A stretch of DNA of 64,000 bases from Patescibacteria group bacterium (GCA_040390045.1 JAZJZC010000001.1:108005-172004), one strand, 5' to 3'; numbered from the stretch's first letter, positions 27,908 to 37,421 are shown. Notes: generated by a model from the sequence alone, not told the origin. Numbers and translations are program-made.

Positions 27908-29149
27908 TTAGATCATCTTGAGCACTTCAGCTTCACTCAACATTTTTGATTGGCTTTCGGTTCTGCCTTTAACTTCAATCACGCCCGCCTTGACTGTTTT
28001 ATCGCTGACCACAAGCCGCCATGGTAGACCCAACAAATCCGAATCAGCAAATTTTTCTCCGGCGCGAAGATCTCGATCGTCATACAAAACCTCAACTCCC
28101 ATCTTATTTAATTTCTCGTACAACTCGTCTGCGTATTTTTTAGCGTCACCTTCCATAGAAAGTGAGATGAGGTGAACTTTAAACGGCGCAACTGATTCTG
28201 GCCAGACAATGCCTTTTTCATCGGCGAGAACTTCCACAATCGTACCCATGAGTCTCCCGAGCCCGATACCGTAGCAACCCATAATAACGGTTTTCTTTTC
28301 ACTTTTTTCGTCCATGAAATGGAGCTCAAGTGGTTCAGAAAAATTAACTCCGAGATTAAAAATATTTCCAACCTCAACGGCTTTTTTCTTCACTAAATCT
28401 TTATTGCCACAATTAGGACAAGCGGATACTTCCTTGAAAATTTCATCGTTAATAGCCATTTTACATTTCTCGCAAATATAAATGACATCTTCTCCTGCGT
28501 CAGTCACCGTCTGAAATTCATCTGAGTATTTTGAAAAACTTCCACCACTTGAAGACGTGATGTACGTCTGTGAACCAATTCCAACTGCATCGTAAATATT
28601 TTTGTACGCAGTTTTTGCTCCCTCATAAAAAGCTGAGTGTTCCTCCTGAGTTCTCGAAAAAGAATACATATCTTTCATCAAAAATTCTCGGCCGCGAATG
28701 ATGCCACTTTTGGCTCGCGCTTCATTTCTAAATTTCGTTTGGATTTGGTAAATATACAACGGCAAATCTCTCCACGAACGAACATAATCTTTCAAAAGAT
28801 TGGTGAGCTCGGCTTCGTGACTGTATCCAAGCCCGACCTCGTTGTCATTTTTTAATTTAGTTTTAAACCAATTGTCGACAACCGCGTCACTCCATTTGCC
28901 AGCTTTCTCCCAAAGATTTTTGTCTTGAAGAACCGTGAGCATCACTTCCTGTCCGCCAACCGCATTCATTTCCCTGCGAATAATGTTGCCAATTTTGTTT
29001 ATAACTCTAAGGCCGAGCGGCAGATATGAATAAACTCCAGCCATTTCTTTGTGAATAAATCCTGCGCGAATGAGCAGTTCGGCATTTTTTGCCACTTCAT
29101 CTTTTGGAGCCTCTTTGCGAGTTTTTGTAAAAAGTTTTGATTGGCGCAT
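27908..29149 (-). CDS. proS: Prolyl-tRNA synthetase, short form without the INS editing domain.
   Basis: The N-terminus MRQSKLFTKTRKEAPKDEVAKNAELLIRAGFIHKEMAGVYSYLPLGLRV aligns with bacterial ProRS. 413 aa implies no insertion domain. Confidence 0.75.
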   Translation of the reverse strand: MRQSKLFTKTRKEAPKDEVAKNAELLIRAGFIHKEMAGVYSYLPLGLRVINKIGNIIRREMNAVGGQEVMLTVLQDKNLWEKAGKWSDAVVDNWFKTKLKNDNEVGLGYSHEAELTNLLKDYVRSWRDLPLYIYQIQTKFRNEARAKSGIIRGREFLMKDMYSFSRTQEEHSAFYEGAKTAYKNIYDAVGIGSQTYITSSSGGSFSKYSDEFQTVTDAGEDVIYICEKCKMAINDEIFKEVSACPNCGNKDLVKKKAVEVGNIFNLGVNFSEPLELHFMDEKSEKKTVIMGCYGIGLGRLMGTIVEVLADEKGIVWPESVAPFKVHLISLSMEGDAKKYADELYEKLNKMGVEVLYDDRDLRAGEKFADSDLLGLPWRLVVSDKTVKAGVIEVKGRTESQSKMLSEAEVLKMI

Positions 29150-29215
29150 AAAATAAAATAGGTGGATAGAAATTAAAATCCGTGGCTTTAATACTACAGC
29201 AAAGCCCGAAAAAAC

Positions 29216-29233
29216 GCGATAGTTGACTATCGC
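29216..29233. promoter_or_regulatory. Palindrome GCGATAGTTGACTATCGC in the proS upstream region.
   Basis: 7-bp inverted repeat around TTGAC. Confidence 0.3.
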
Positions 29234-29306
29234 AATTCTTTATTGTAACTGACGAGGACAAACTCTATTATCGTAGACTTAGAGAAAAGGGCCAAACAGG
29301 CAAGTT

Positions 29307-30407
29307 CTAAAAGAGCTTAACGATATCGTGATAGGTAATAAATAGCATCAGTAAAATAAGCAACCCGAATCCTGCCGTGTTTAATCCTTGAATCAATTTC
29401 GGTTTGAGCGGCGAGCCTTTAATAGCTTCAATGAGGACCACAAAAATTCTACCGCCATCGAGCGCCGGCAGTGGTAAAAGATTAATAACAGCCAAATTTA
29501 TTGAAAGAAGCGCGGTGAAAAAAATCAAATACGAGAAACCAAGATTTTTCGCGTCGCCAACCAACGAGACCATACCGATGGGACCCGAGACCGTAGACAA
29601 ATCAGCTCGTCCAAAAATCGCATCTTTGAAAAAATCAAAAATTCCCAGCGCCACATTTACAAACAAACGCTCAGTCATAATTCCTGCTTGCCAAAAAGCT
29701 TTAAAAATTGGCAACTTGATGTAGCCGATCATGTCCATGCCGATTCCGATAGCTACCGCGTCCCCAACGATTCCTTTTTTCGCTTCAATCTGCAGTTGAG
29801 AAATTTTTGACCCGCGCTGTATAGACATCTCAATTGGACCCTTGCTTTTCATAATAAAATCGTGAACCGTGTCTGGATTTAATTTTTCCGTCATTTGAGC
29901 CGTTGTGGTTTTTAATGAAAGAATCGCGTCTCCCGCTTTCAACCCTGACAATTCTGCTGGTGAATTTGGCAAAATGGAAGTGACAGTTAATTGTACATTA
30001 GTCAGTTGTGAAGCATTGGTCGTGTCGAGGGCTGTCGGCAAACCGAACATAAAACCTAGAGAAATAATAAGCCACGCAAAAATAACATTAAACAAAACGC
30101 CGCCAGAGAGCACAGCCGCTTGAACGAAACTACTTTTATGCGCCAAACTTCGACTTTTATTTTCAACCACTCCATTGGGGCTTTCTAAACTTTCAGCGTT
30201 CTCACCGAAAATTCTCACAAACCCGCCGAACGGTAAGAGGTTCAGCGAGTAGATAGTCTCACCAATTTTTTTACTAAAAAGTGTGGGAGGAAATCCCAAA
30301 CCAAATTCATCTACTCTCACTCCATTTTTTTTGGCAATCAAAAAATGGCCAAGTTCGTGAACGAGGACGAGCAACGCTAAAATTATTAGAAAAATTATTA
30401 TGTTCAT
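29307..30407 (-). CDS. rseP: RIP metalloprotease RseP (site-2 protease).
   Basis: HELGHFLIAKKNGV zinc motif, a PDZ segment and C-terminal LDGG. Start taken at MNIIIFLIIL; the track extension runs into an intergenic repeat. Confidence 0.75.
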   Translation of the reverse strand: MNIIIFLIILALLVLVHELGHFLIAKKNGVRVDEFGLGFPPTLFSKKIGETIYSLNLLPFGGFVRIFGENAESLESPNGVVENKSRSLAHKSSFVQAAVLSGGVLFNVIFAWLIISLGFMFGLPTALDTTNASQLTNVQLTVTSILPNSPAELSGLKAGDAILSLKTTTAQMTEKLNPDTVHDFIMKSKGPIEMSIQRGSKISQLQIEAKKGIVGDAVAIGIGMDMIGYIKLPIFKAFWQAGIMTERLFVNVALGIFDFFKDAIFGRADLSTVSGPIGMVSLVGDAKNLGFSYLIFFTALLSINLAVINLLPLPALDGGRIFVVLIEAIKGSPLKPKLIQGLNTAGFGLLILLMLFITYHDIVKLF

Positions 30408-30417
30408 TTTTAAAAAG

Positions 30418-30506
30418 GGTTTAGGGTAGAGGGCACAGGGTTTAATCAAAAAAGATTTCTTGTATTTCAAAAACTACACCCTTAACCCTAACCCCTATAC
30501 CCTAAC
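30418..30506. repeat. Heptad-repeat inverted-arm element (AGGGTNN type).
   Basis: GGGTTTA GGGTAGA GGGCACA GGGTTTA at 30418-30447. AT-rich core. Inverted arm cacccttaaccctaacccctataccctaac at 30477-30506. Confidence 0.6.
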
Positions 30507-31050
30507 TTTGTATTTCCTTCTCCTTCCTCTCCGCCGCGTCCCCAAGTTTTTTATTGAGCGCATCCACAAGCTTTTGCAATTCCGCTTTTAAACGAAACTT
30601 TTCGTCTTCTCCCATGCCCCCTGCTTTTTCTGCCGCCTCAATTTCTTTTTGGACTTCATCACGCAATTTTCTCACTGAGACTCGCGCATCTTCCAATTTA
30701 TCTTTCGCGATTTTCAATAACGCTGTTCGTCGATCGTTGGTTAGTTCTGGAAATGAAACTCGAACACCAGTGTCCACTGCGGCTACAGATAGCCCCAGGC
30801 TCGCCGCCACAACCGCTTTTTCAATTTCTTTTATGAGTGACGTGTCCCACGGTGTGATAAAAAGTGATCGCGCGTCCTGACTAGCGATGCTTCCAACAGA
30901 ACTAATCGGCATCTTGGCGCCATATGACTCAACTAAAATTCCATCGAGAATAGCTGGCGTTGCGCGAGACGTGCGAACACTCCCCAACTCCTTAGTGAGC
31001 CACTCTTCGATATCTTTGCCTTTTTGATTGAATTTAGTGAAGGAAAACAT
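30502..31050 (-). CDS. frr: Ribosome recycling factor.
   Basis: Full-length similarity to RRF (TSRATPAILDGILVESYG ... ELTNDRRTALLKIAK). Confidence 0.85.
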   Translation of the reverse strand: MFSFTKFNQKGKDIEEWLTKELGSVRTSRATPAILDGILVESYGAKMPISSVGSIASQDARSLFITPWDTSLIKEIEKAVVAASLGLSVAAVDTGVRVSFPELTNDRRTALLKIAKDKLEDARVSVRKLRDEVQKEIEAAEKAGGMGEDEKFRLKAELQKLVDALNKKLGDAAERKEKEIQS

Positions 31051-31057
31051 AGAGGGT

Positions 31058-31140
31058 CATGGAACACGTAGCACACAACATGGAGCAAGGGGATAAATCT
31101 TGTCTGCATGTTCCATGCTTCATGATACGTGCTCCATGTT
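31058..31140. repeat. Heptad-repeat inverted-arm element (CAYGGAA type).
   Basis: tcatggaacacgtagcacacaacatggagcaag - ggggataaatcttgtctg - catgttccatgcttcatgatacgtgctccatgtt. The GGGGATAAA core is shared with the 7541 element. Confidence 0.65.
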
Positions 31141-31179
31141 ATATTATCAGCTCTCCAGAAAAAATCCAATCACGAAAAA

Positions 31180-31881
31180 TCATTTAGGCAGCGGAACTAT
31201 AAGAGAAACGTATTCCAAAAGCATTTTGACGCTCGCCGAGCGGTCGAGCATATAGTCTCGGCATTTTTCGATATCGACTAAAATTTTTGGCGACAGCCCC
31301 TTTTTATCTTTAAACTTTTGATACAAAATTTCTTCAACACCTTCGATCAAACGGAGTGCTTCTGCCTTAGTTTTCTTTTCGTCTTTAATATCGTCGGCTA
31401 GTTTTTTAACAAAGGCGAGACGTTTGGGTAAACTGAGAGAGAGGAATTCTTTGGCCCCGGCCGCGGCGGCCGGGGCTGTTCTCATCTCAATCTTTGCCAC
31501 ACGCGAGAGCAACGTCGGGATCAAATTTTTCACACATTCGCCAAGCAAGAAAAAATAAGTATTTTCAGTCGGTTCTTCAAAAACTTTCAACAATGAATTT
31601 TGGGCTTCGAGCGTTATCGAGTCCGCTTCAATCACAAAAATTTTCTTAGCGTCCACTACAAAAGATTTTTTTTCTTGAAATTCTTTCAGAATTCTGGCGT
31701 TTTCAATGTTCAATGATTCAAATTTCTGATACGAAAAATCTGGGTTGCCCTTCGTTTCAATCTTCCACGAGCGTTCTAAAAGTTCAAATAATTTTTCTTT
31801 GGCGTTAACATCTCCAAAAATAGCATTGGCATGATGCCCCAAAATTTCGGCATGTTCCGTGTTCCGTGTTTTGTGTTCCAT
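31180..31881 (-). CDS. DNA polymerase III delta-prime-like clamp-loader subunit, with no Walker A.
   Basis: IFVIEADSITLEAQNSLLKVFEEP sensor-1 / SRC-region motif. No P-loop is visible. The N-terminal codons overlap a heptad repeat, so the start is uncertain. Confidence 0.5.
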   Translation of the reverse strand: MEHKTRNTEHAEILGHHANAIFGDVNAKEKLFELLERSWKIETKGNPDFSYQKFESLNIENARILKEFQEKKSFVVDAKKIFVIEADSITLEAQNSLLKVFEEPTENTYFFLLGECVKNLIPTLLSRVAKIEMRTAPAAAAGAKEFLSLSLPKRLAFVKKLADDIKDEKKTKAEALRLIEGVEEILYQKFKDKKGLSPKILVDIEKCRDYMLDRSASVKMLLEYVSLIVPLPK

Positions 31882-31882
31882 G
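31851..31882. repeat. Single heptad-repeat arm (CAYGGAA type).
   Basis: catgttccgtgttccgtgttttgtgttccatgg. Confidence 0.55.
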
Positions 31883-31886
31883 GCTT

Positions 31887-32900
31887 CTAGCGCTTCGCTA
31901 TGATGCTCTTCTTGTACATCTCAAGATGCTCCAACGCAATTCCTGTCCCGAGAGCCACACAATAGAGTGCATCTTTAGCAAGTGTGGCTTTCACTCCAGT
32001 TCGGCGAAAAACCAATTCTGGTAAATTGCGCAACTGCGAAGAACCGCCTGTCATCATAATTCCTTGATCAATAATATCCGCAGCCAGTTCTGGTGGCGTT
32101 TCCTGCAAAACATCTTTAATAGCTTTGACCATTTCGCGAAGTTCTTTACTGATGGCTTTGACCACTTCGTTGGTTTTTACTTCAGCTGTTCGAGGAAGCC
32201 CAGTAATAAAATCACGGCCTTTGATTGTCATGGCAATCTCTTCTTCGAGCGGCACGGCAGAACCGATATTAATTTTTATATCCTCCGCCATTTTATCCCC
32301 AATCGCTAAGTTGAAAGTTTTTTTAATGTAATCGGTAATGGCAATATCAATTTTGTTGCCAGCCACTTTTACGGAAGTTGAAGCAACAATACCTCCAAGC
32401 GAAATCACCGCCACATCTGTCGTGCCACCACCGATATCCACAATCATTCGTCCCACAGCTTCTTGAATAGGAATACCCGCGCCGATGGCCGCCAAAATTG
32501 GTTCCTTCACCACGTAGGCATTTTTGGCTCCAGCTTTAATAGCCGCCTCAATCACCGCGCGCCGTTCAGTCGAAGTCACGCCAGCTGGCACACTGATCAT
32601 CACTTCTGGTTTCCAAATATTCCATTTGCCAAGAGCCTTGTTTATAAAATATCGCAACATGGCTTCGGTCACTCGATAATCAGCAATCACACCATCTTTC
32701 ATCGGGCGGTAGGCAATAATCGAATCGGGGGTTTTCCCAATCATATTTTTGGCTTCAACTCCGACGGCTAAAATTTTATTGTCTTGTTCAGACACGGCAA
32801 CCACTGATGGTTCGTTTAACACGACGCCTTTACCCGGAACAAACACCAAGGTGTTGGCGGTGCCGAGATCAATGCCAAGTTTTTTGGAAAATAAACTCAT
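31887..32900 (-). CDS. MreB-like actin homolog, second paralog.
   Basis: LGIDLGTANTLVF, DIGGGTTD and MTGGSSQL actin-fold motifs. Confidence 0.8.
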   Translation of the reverse strand: MSLFSKKLGIDLGTANTLVFVPGKGVVLNEPSVVAVSEQDNKILAVGVEAKNMIGKTPDSIIAYRPMKDGVIADYRVTEAMLRYFINKALGKWNIWKPEVMISVPAGVTSTERRAVIEAAIKAGAKNAYVVKEPILAAIGAGIPIQEAVGRMIVDIGGGTTDVAVISLGGIVASTSVKVAGNKIDIAITDYIKKTFNLAIGDKMAEDIKINIGSAVPLEEEIAMTIKGRDFITGLPRTAEVKTNEVVKAISKELREMVKAIKDVLQETPPELAADIIDQGIMMTGGSSQLRNLPELVFRRTGVKATLAKDALYCVALGTGIALEHLEMYKKSIIAKR

Positions 32901-32904
32901 AAGA

Positions 32905-32934
32905 AGGGTTGAGGGTATAGGGTTCAGGGTTTAG
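32905..32934. repeat. Single heptad-repeat arm (AGGGTNN type).
   Basis: agggttgagggtatagggttcagggtttag, upstream of the mreB paralog. Confidence 0.55.
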
Positions 32935-33040
32935 TAAAAGAATTGTAACAGTATAGTACGTTTTGCGAAAAAGGTTTAATAGTTGACGAGACCAGTTTAT
33001 TATTTTAGTCTGGTTTTAGAAAAGTCGAAGGCCCCATTAT

Positions 33041-33307
33041 ATGGAACCTATACATTGGATTATCGTGGACACGGGATTAACCTGCACAGCAATCCTGTTC
33101 ATCTACGAAACGAAGGAGTCATACCTGCATTGGTGCCTTGTGTCCTTTCTTGATTTTTGGATAGGCGCTCACCTTGTTGGAACTGCTGCACTGGGAGTAA
33201 CCATGGGCAACTCCATAATCCCGTCTGTAGCCTTTTTGTTCAGTGTGCTCTTTTTTGTGAACGCTAAAAGGGATTTCGAAAAGGCACTCAAATTTCCTCG
33301 GGAATAA
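33041..33307 (+). CDS. Small hypothetical membrane protein.
   Basis: 88 aa with 2-3 TM segments, followed by a clean terminator. Confidence 0.4.
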   Translation: MEPIHWIIVDTGLTCTAILFIYETKESYLHWCLVSFLDFWIGAHLVGTAALGVTMGNSIIPSVAFLFSVLFFVNAKRDFEKALKFPRE

Positions 33308-33323
33308 TTCCTTTCCTGAATCC

Positions 33324-33355
33324 CCCGCGCTCGTACTCGAGCGCGGGTTTTCTTT
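33324..33355 (+). terminator. Rho-independent terminator.
   Basis: cccgcgctcg-tac-tcgagcgcggg followed by tttt. Confidence 0.65.
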
Positions 33356-33491
33356 TACCTTTCCTCTAACCTTTCTCAAATTGCTGTAAACCACAAAACT
33401 TCATTTGCAAAGAAAAACTTCTCCAGCGCGCCTTGTCCGGGCTTGGGCAAGCGGGAGGAGTTTTTCGAAGCAGAGGGTTTTGTGTTTACAG

Positions 33492-34799
33492 CTAATTACT
33501 CACTCTCTCTATATCCACTCCCACCGCCTTTAGCCTCTCCTCAATTCTTTCATAGCCTCGATCGACATAATGAACATTATTAATAACGGATCGCCCCTTC
33601 GCCACAATAGCTGCCAAAATGTAGGCGAGACCAGCGCGAATGTCTGGTCCGTCGAGCTCCCTACCTTTTAAAATCGCTGGACCTTTGATTGTCATGGTGT
33701 GCTTACTCCAGACGTTCAGCTTCGCTCCCATCTTTACCAAATCATCAGCGTAATTTAATCGGCCGTCAAAAATAGTTTCAAAGACGCTACTCTCGCCCGT
33801 TACTTGAGTCAAAAAAACCGTCAGCGGCGCTTGCAAGTCAGTTGGAAAACCTGGGTACTCGTGAGTGGTGACACTGGTTCCATGAAAATTAGAATTTTTT
33901 GCATCCCGTGAATATTTAACATGAATGGAGTCTTTCGTGATATTCATGTGAAGTCCAGAACGCTCAAAGGTGGCAATCAAACTTTCCAAATGCATCGGGT
34001 TACAATTTTTTATAGTGATGTCCTCTCCTGCAAGCGCAGCCAAAATAAGGAAACTTCCCGCCTCGATTCGATCCGGAATAGTTTTAAAACTTTTTTTGCC
34101 AGCTTTCAAAATGCCTCCACCAACAATCGTCAATGTTGGAGAACCCACACCAGTAATTTTCGCGCCGCAAGAAATTAAAAATTCAGCGACATTTCCGATC
34201 TCCGGTTCCATAGCGGCGTTTTTAATAACCGTCGTTCCTTCAGCCAACGTGGCCGCCATCATTACCGTCTCGGTGACGGTATGACTTGGCACACGAAGGA
34301 AAATTTCCGCACCATGAAGTTTCTTACCGTTAGTTTTAAATGTATAAATTTCTGAATCAAATGTAACCGTCGCACCCATTTTTTCAAAAGCCGAAATAAA
34401 CATATCCACCGGTCGCTCACCGAGCACGCAACCTCCCGGATGCGGCAACACCACCTCTCCATAGCGTGCGAGCAGAGGGCCAATAAAAACCGTCGACGCT
34501 CTCATTTTTTTCGAAAGTTCATGGTCGAGAATTTTGCTCGTTAAAACCGAAGCATCGATTCTCCACTCGTGATAACCTTTTCGCTCAATCTTACCACCTA
34601 GATTTTTTATAATTTCTACCGAACTTTGGACATCCTGAATAAACGGCACGTTTTCAAATAGTATCGGCTCGTCAAATAAAATGGCGCTTGCAAACGCCGG
34701 CAATACAGCATTCTTCGCGCCAAACACAGGAAGTTCTCCGACGAGAGCTCGTTTGCCGTGCTGGCCTTTGATAAGAAAAATGTCTTTCATACAGCGCAT
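33492..34799 (-). CDS. murA: UDP-N-acetylglucosamine 1-carboxyvinyltransferase.
   Basis: GAKNAVLP, RPVD, LAEGTT and HVDRGYERIEERL, colinear with E. coli MurA. The start is probably MKDIF, at 34790. Confidence 0.85.
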   Translation of the reverse strand: MRCMKDIFLIKGQHGKRALVGELPVFGAKNAVLPAFASAILFDEPILFENVPFIQDVQSSVEIIKNLGGKIERKGYHEWRIDASVLTSKILDHELSKKMRASTVFIGPLLARYGEVVLPHPGGCVLGERPVDMFISAFEKMGATVTFDSEIYTFKTNGKKLHGAEIFLRVPSHTVTETVMMAATLAEGTTVIKNAAMEPEIGNVAEFLISCGAKITGVGSPTLTIVGGGILKAGKKSFKTIPDRIEAGSFLILAALAGEDITIKNCNPMHLESLIATFERSGLHMNITKDSIHVKYSRDAKNSNFHGTSVTTHEYPGFPTDLQAPLTVFLTQVTGESSVFETIFDGRLNYADDLVKMGAKLNVWSKHTMTIKGPAILKGRELDGPDIRAGLAYILAAIVAKGRSVINNVHYVDRGYERIEERLKAVGVDIERVSN

Positions 34800-34913
34800 T
34801 CTAATCGTTTCAGCAACTTTTTACAAATAGAACAAGATTGCAAGGTCGATACTTTTTTGCGACTATGTATTTACAATCTGTTTCTTAAATTGAAACTAAT
34901 CTAAATCCGTTAT

Positions 34914-36815
34914 ATGAAACTCATTGAAGTCATTCCCATAGCTCGTGGCATTGGAAAGGAAACTCTTTCCTACTTTTCTAATGCAGACATTCCCAATGGC
35001 TCCCTTGTCACCGTACCTGTTCGCAAACGCCTGATTTCTGGCCTTGTCGTTTCTTCGCACGACGCGCAAGAAGAAAAATCTTCCATCAGATCGTCCGACT
35101 ATCAAATGAGAAAGGTTGGTGAATTCAAATCTGAAAGTTTTTTATCGGAAAATTTCATGAAGGCGGCGAAATCAATCGCAGACTTCTCGGCAAGTTCAAT
35201 CGGCAGTGTGCTCAATCTTCTTATTCCGAAAACTATTTTGGAACACGCACCAGAGGTTAAAGCCAATAACCCTAAACAAATTCAGAAACTGGAAAATTTT
35301 GACCGGCTGGCACTTCAAGCCGAAGATGAGGAGCGGTTTGCGACCTATCGCAGTTTGATACGTGAGGAATTTGCCCGCAGACACTCGGTATTTTTCTGTG
35401 TGCCAACCGCGGAAGACGCTATAAAACTTTCAGCACTTTTACCCAAAGGCATTGAGGATTACACCTTTGCTTTTTACGGCTCGCTCCCGAAAAATAAAAT
35501 GCTAACGCTTTGGCAAAAAGCCGTTAGCGAAGAACATCCGATTTTAATTATTGCCACAGCGCCCTTTTTTTCAATTTCACGATCTGACATCAGTACGATC
35601 GTAGTTGAAAATGAAAGTTCCCGATCATACAAAATGCAGATGCGACCCTTTTTGGATGTGCGGATTTTTGCTGAATTTTTTGCCAAAGAAATTGGCGCAA
35701 AATTTATTGTTGGTGATAATTTTTTGCGAACCGAAACAATTTTCAAAGTTAAACAAGGAGAATTTGCAGAACTTTCTCCGCTAAAATTTCGATCGCTCTC
35801 CCCCGCTAGAAATACAGTCATCGACATGAGCGCTCTGAAAAAAAGTACTGGAGGAAAATTTGAAACTTTGAGCCCTGAACTTGAAGCGCTAATACAGCAG
35901 TCACATACTGCCAATCAAAATTTATTTATTTTTGCTGCCCGAAGAGGTTTCGCGCCGGAAACTATTTGTGGCGACTGCGGAACTCTTGTCCTCTGCAGTC
36001 GTTGCCGATCACCGATTACGCTCCATCGCGCCAAACCCGGAGACAACAGCCAAAACTTTTTTTTCTGCCACGGATGTAATGAGAAACGAAGTACCGAGGA
36101 ACATTGTTCGAAATGCGGCAGTTGGAAGTTGCAATCAATTGGCATCGGGATTGAGCTCGTAGAAGTGGAACTAGAAAAAAAATTCCCTTTCATCAAAATA
36201 TTCAGAGTCGATAAAGACACCACGCCAACCAAAAAACAAATTTCTAAAAAGATTGCTTCGTTTTACGCGTCACCTGGAAGTATTCTATTGGCAACCGAAA
36301 TGGTGTTTCCCTATTTAGACAAAAAAATCGAAAATACCGCAGTGGCCTCACTCGACGCCCTGTTTTCACTTCCGGATTTTCGAATCAACGAAAAAATCCT
36401 CCATATTCTTCTGAAAATCAGAGCACTCACCGAATCTTCTTTTTTTGTGCAAACTCGAATTCCAAATGAAAAAATTCTTGATTACGCACTCAAAGGAAAT
36501 TTGATCGATTTTTATCGAGAAGAAATTGCCGCGAGGAAAGACTTTAATTATCCCCCATTTACCACGCTCATTAAAATTTCCCTCTCAGGAACACGAGCGG
36601 CCGTTTCAAAAGAAATGCTCGAACTTAAAGAGTTTCTTCAGCCTTTCACAACAGAGATTTTTCCAGCGTTCATTGAGGAATCTCGCGGGGCCTTTACGCT
36701 TCACGCTCTCATCCGCTTGCCTATCGGCGGCTGGATCAATCGCGAACTTTTGTCAAAACTTCTTCAGCTCCCTCCTCAATTTCGCATCGCGGTGGAACCG
36801 GAGAGTCTGCTATAA
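34914..36815 (+). CDS. priA: Primosomal protein N' (PriA)-like, with degenerate helicase ATPase motifs.
   Basis: N-terminal 3'BD-like region (MKLIEVIPIARGIGKETLSYF...VTVPVRKRLISGLVV). Cys4-type Zn-binding region CGDCG...CSRC...CHGC...CSKC. A C-terminal region colinear with PriA. No GxGKT Walker A and no DEAH/DExH box found. Confidence 0.6.
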   Translation: MKLIEVIPIARGIGKETLSYFSNADIPNGSLVTVPVRKRLISGLVVSSHDAQEEKSSIRSSDYQMRKVGEFKSESFLSENFMKAAKSIADFSASSIGSVLNLLIPKTILEHAPEVKANNPKQIQKLENFDRLALQAEDEERFATYRSLIREEFARRHSVFFCVPTAEDAIKLSALLPKGIEDYTFAFYGSLPKNKMLTLWQKAVSEEHPILIIATAPFFSISRSDISTIVVENESSRSYKMQMRPFLDVRIFAEFFAKEIGAKFIVGDNFLRTETIFKVKQGEFAELSPLKFRSLSPARNTVIDMSALKKSTGGKFETLSPELEALIQQSHTANQNLFIFAARRGFAPETICGDCGTLVLCSRCRSPITLHRAKPGDNSQNFFFCHGCNEKRSTEEHCSKCGSWKLQSIGIGIELVEVELEKKFPFIKIFRVDKDTTPTKKQISKKIASFYASPGSILLATEMVFPYLDKKIENTAVASLDALFSLPDFRINEKILHILLKIRALTESSFFVQTRIPNEKILDYALKGNLIDFYREEIAARKDFNYPPFTTLIKISLSGTRAAVSKEMLELKEFLQPFTTEIFPAFIEESRGAFTLHALIRLPIGGWINRELLSKLLQLPPQFRIAVEPESLL

Positions 36816-36874
36816 ATAAGTTAAAAGTTCATCAAGTTCGTAAAGTTTATAAAGTAAAAATAGAAATCAACCTA

Positions 36875-36912
36875 AACCATTCACACATTCGTGCGAATGT
36901 GTGAATGGTTTA
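36875..36912. terminator. Strong hairpin (17-bp stem) between convergent genes.
   Basis: aaaccattcacacattcg-tgc-gaatgtgtgaatggttt. Confidence 0.55.
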
Positions 36913-36925
36913 ATTGTGAAAAAAC

Positions 36926-36959
36926 AGCATTATACCTTTCGCTCGAAAGGTATAATGCT
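36926..36959. terminator. Second strong hairpin (15-bp stem).
   Basis: agcattatacctttc-gctc-gaaaggtataatgct followed by attt. Confidence 0.55.
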
Positions 36960-37007
36960 ATTTGATAAAAACTGTAAATCCTAAAATGTTCCTAAATCTG
37001 TCTCGCC

Positions 37008-37421
37008 TTAACGCTCCCATTTCTTTTCTTCAGGGTGAAAATCAACTTGGTGTTCAGGAATTCCTAGAGAAATGCCGTAACGTTTCGCCGCGTCATATTC
37101 TTGCTGGCTATTCTTATTGATTTTGAAAATTTTTCCGGGGAAAATAATAAAGTGAGTATTCTCGTTTTTAAAATCTGCGTACCATGCTGAAGGTTGGGAA
37201 ATTAAAGTTTGGCTCAAAATTTTTGTAGCCAGATCAACTTTTTCCTCAGAAATTTCTACTGTGTGCAAAGTCCACTGCGAAAGCCATGGGGTGTGATGTT
37301 CAGGTGTCACCGTTTCAATTTCAGTTTTAAGAACCGCGACCTCCGCGAGCACCTCTAAATTCTTCAAACTTTCTTCGATTATTATGCCACTGTAATTCAT
37401 AAATTTATTTGATTGTAACAT
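37008..37421 (-). CDS. Hypothetical protein.
   Basis: 137-aa ORF with compact spacing. No motif recognised. Confidence 0.4.
   Translation of the reverse strand: MLQSNKFMNYSGIIIEESLKNLEVLAEVAVLKTEIETVTPEHHTPWLSQWTLHTVEISEEKVDLATKILSQTLISQPSAWYADFKNENTHFIIFPGKIFKINKNSQQEYDAAKRYGISLGIPEHQVDFHPEEKKWER

Noticed and set aside
34896-36232. Minus-strand ORFs overlapping priA (34896..35105, 35474..35914, 35915..36232).
   Set aside because: They are antisense to a well-supported gene.
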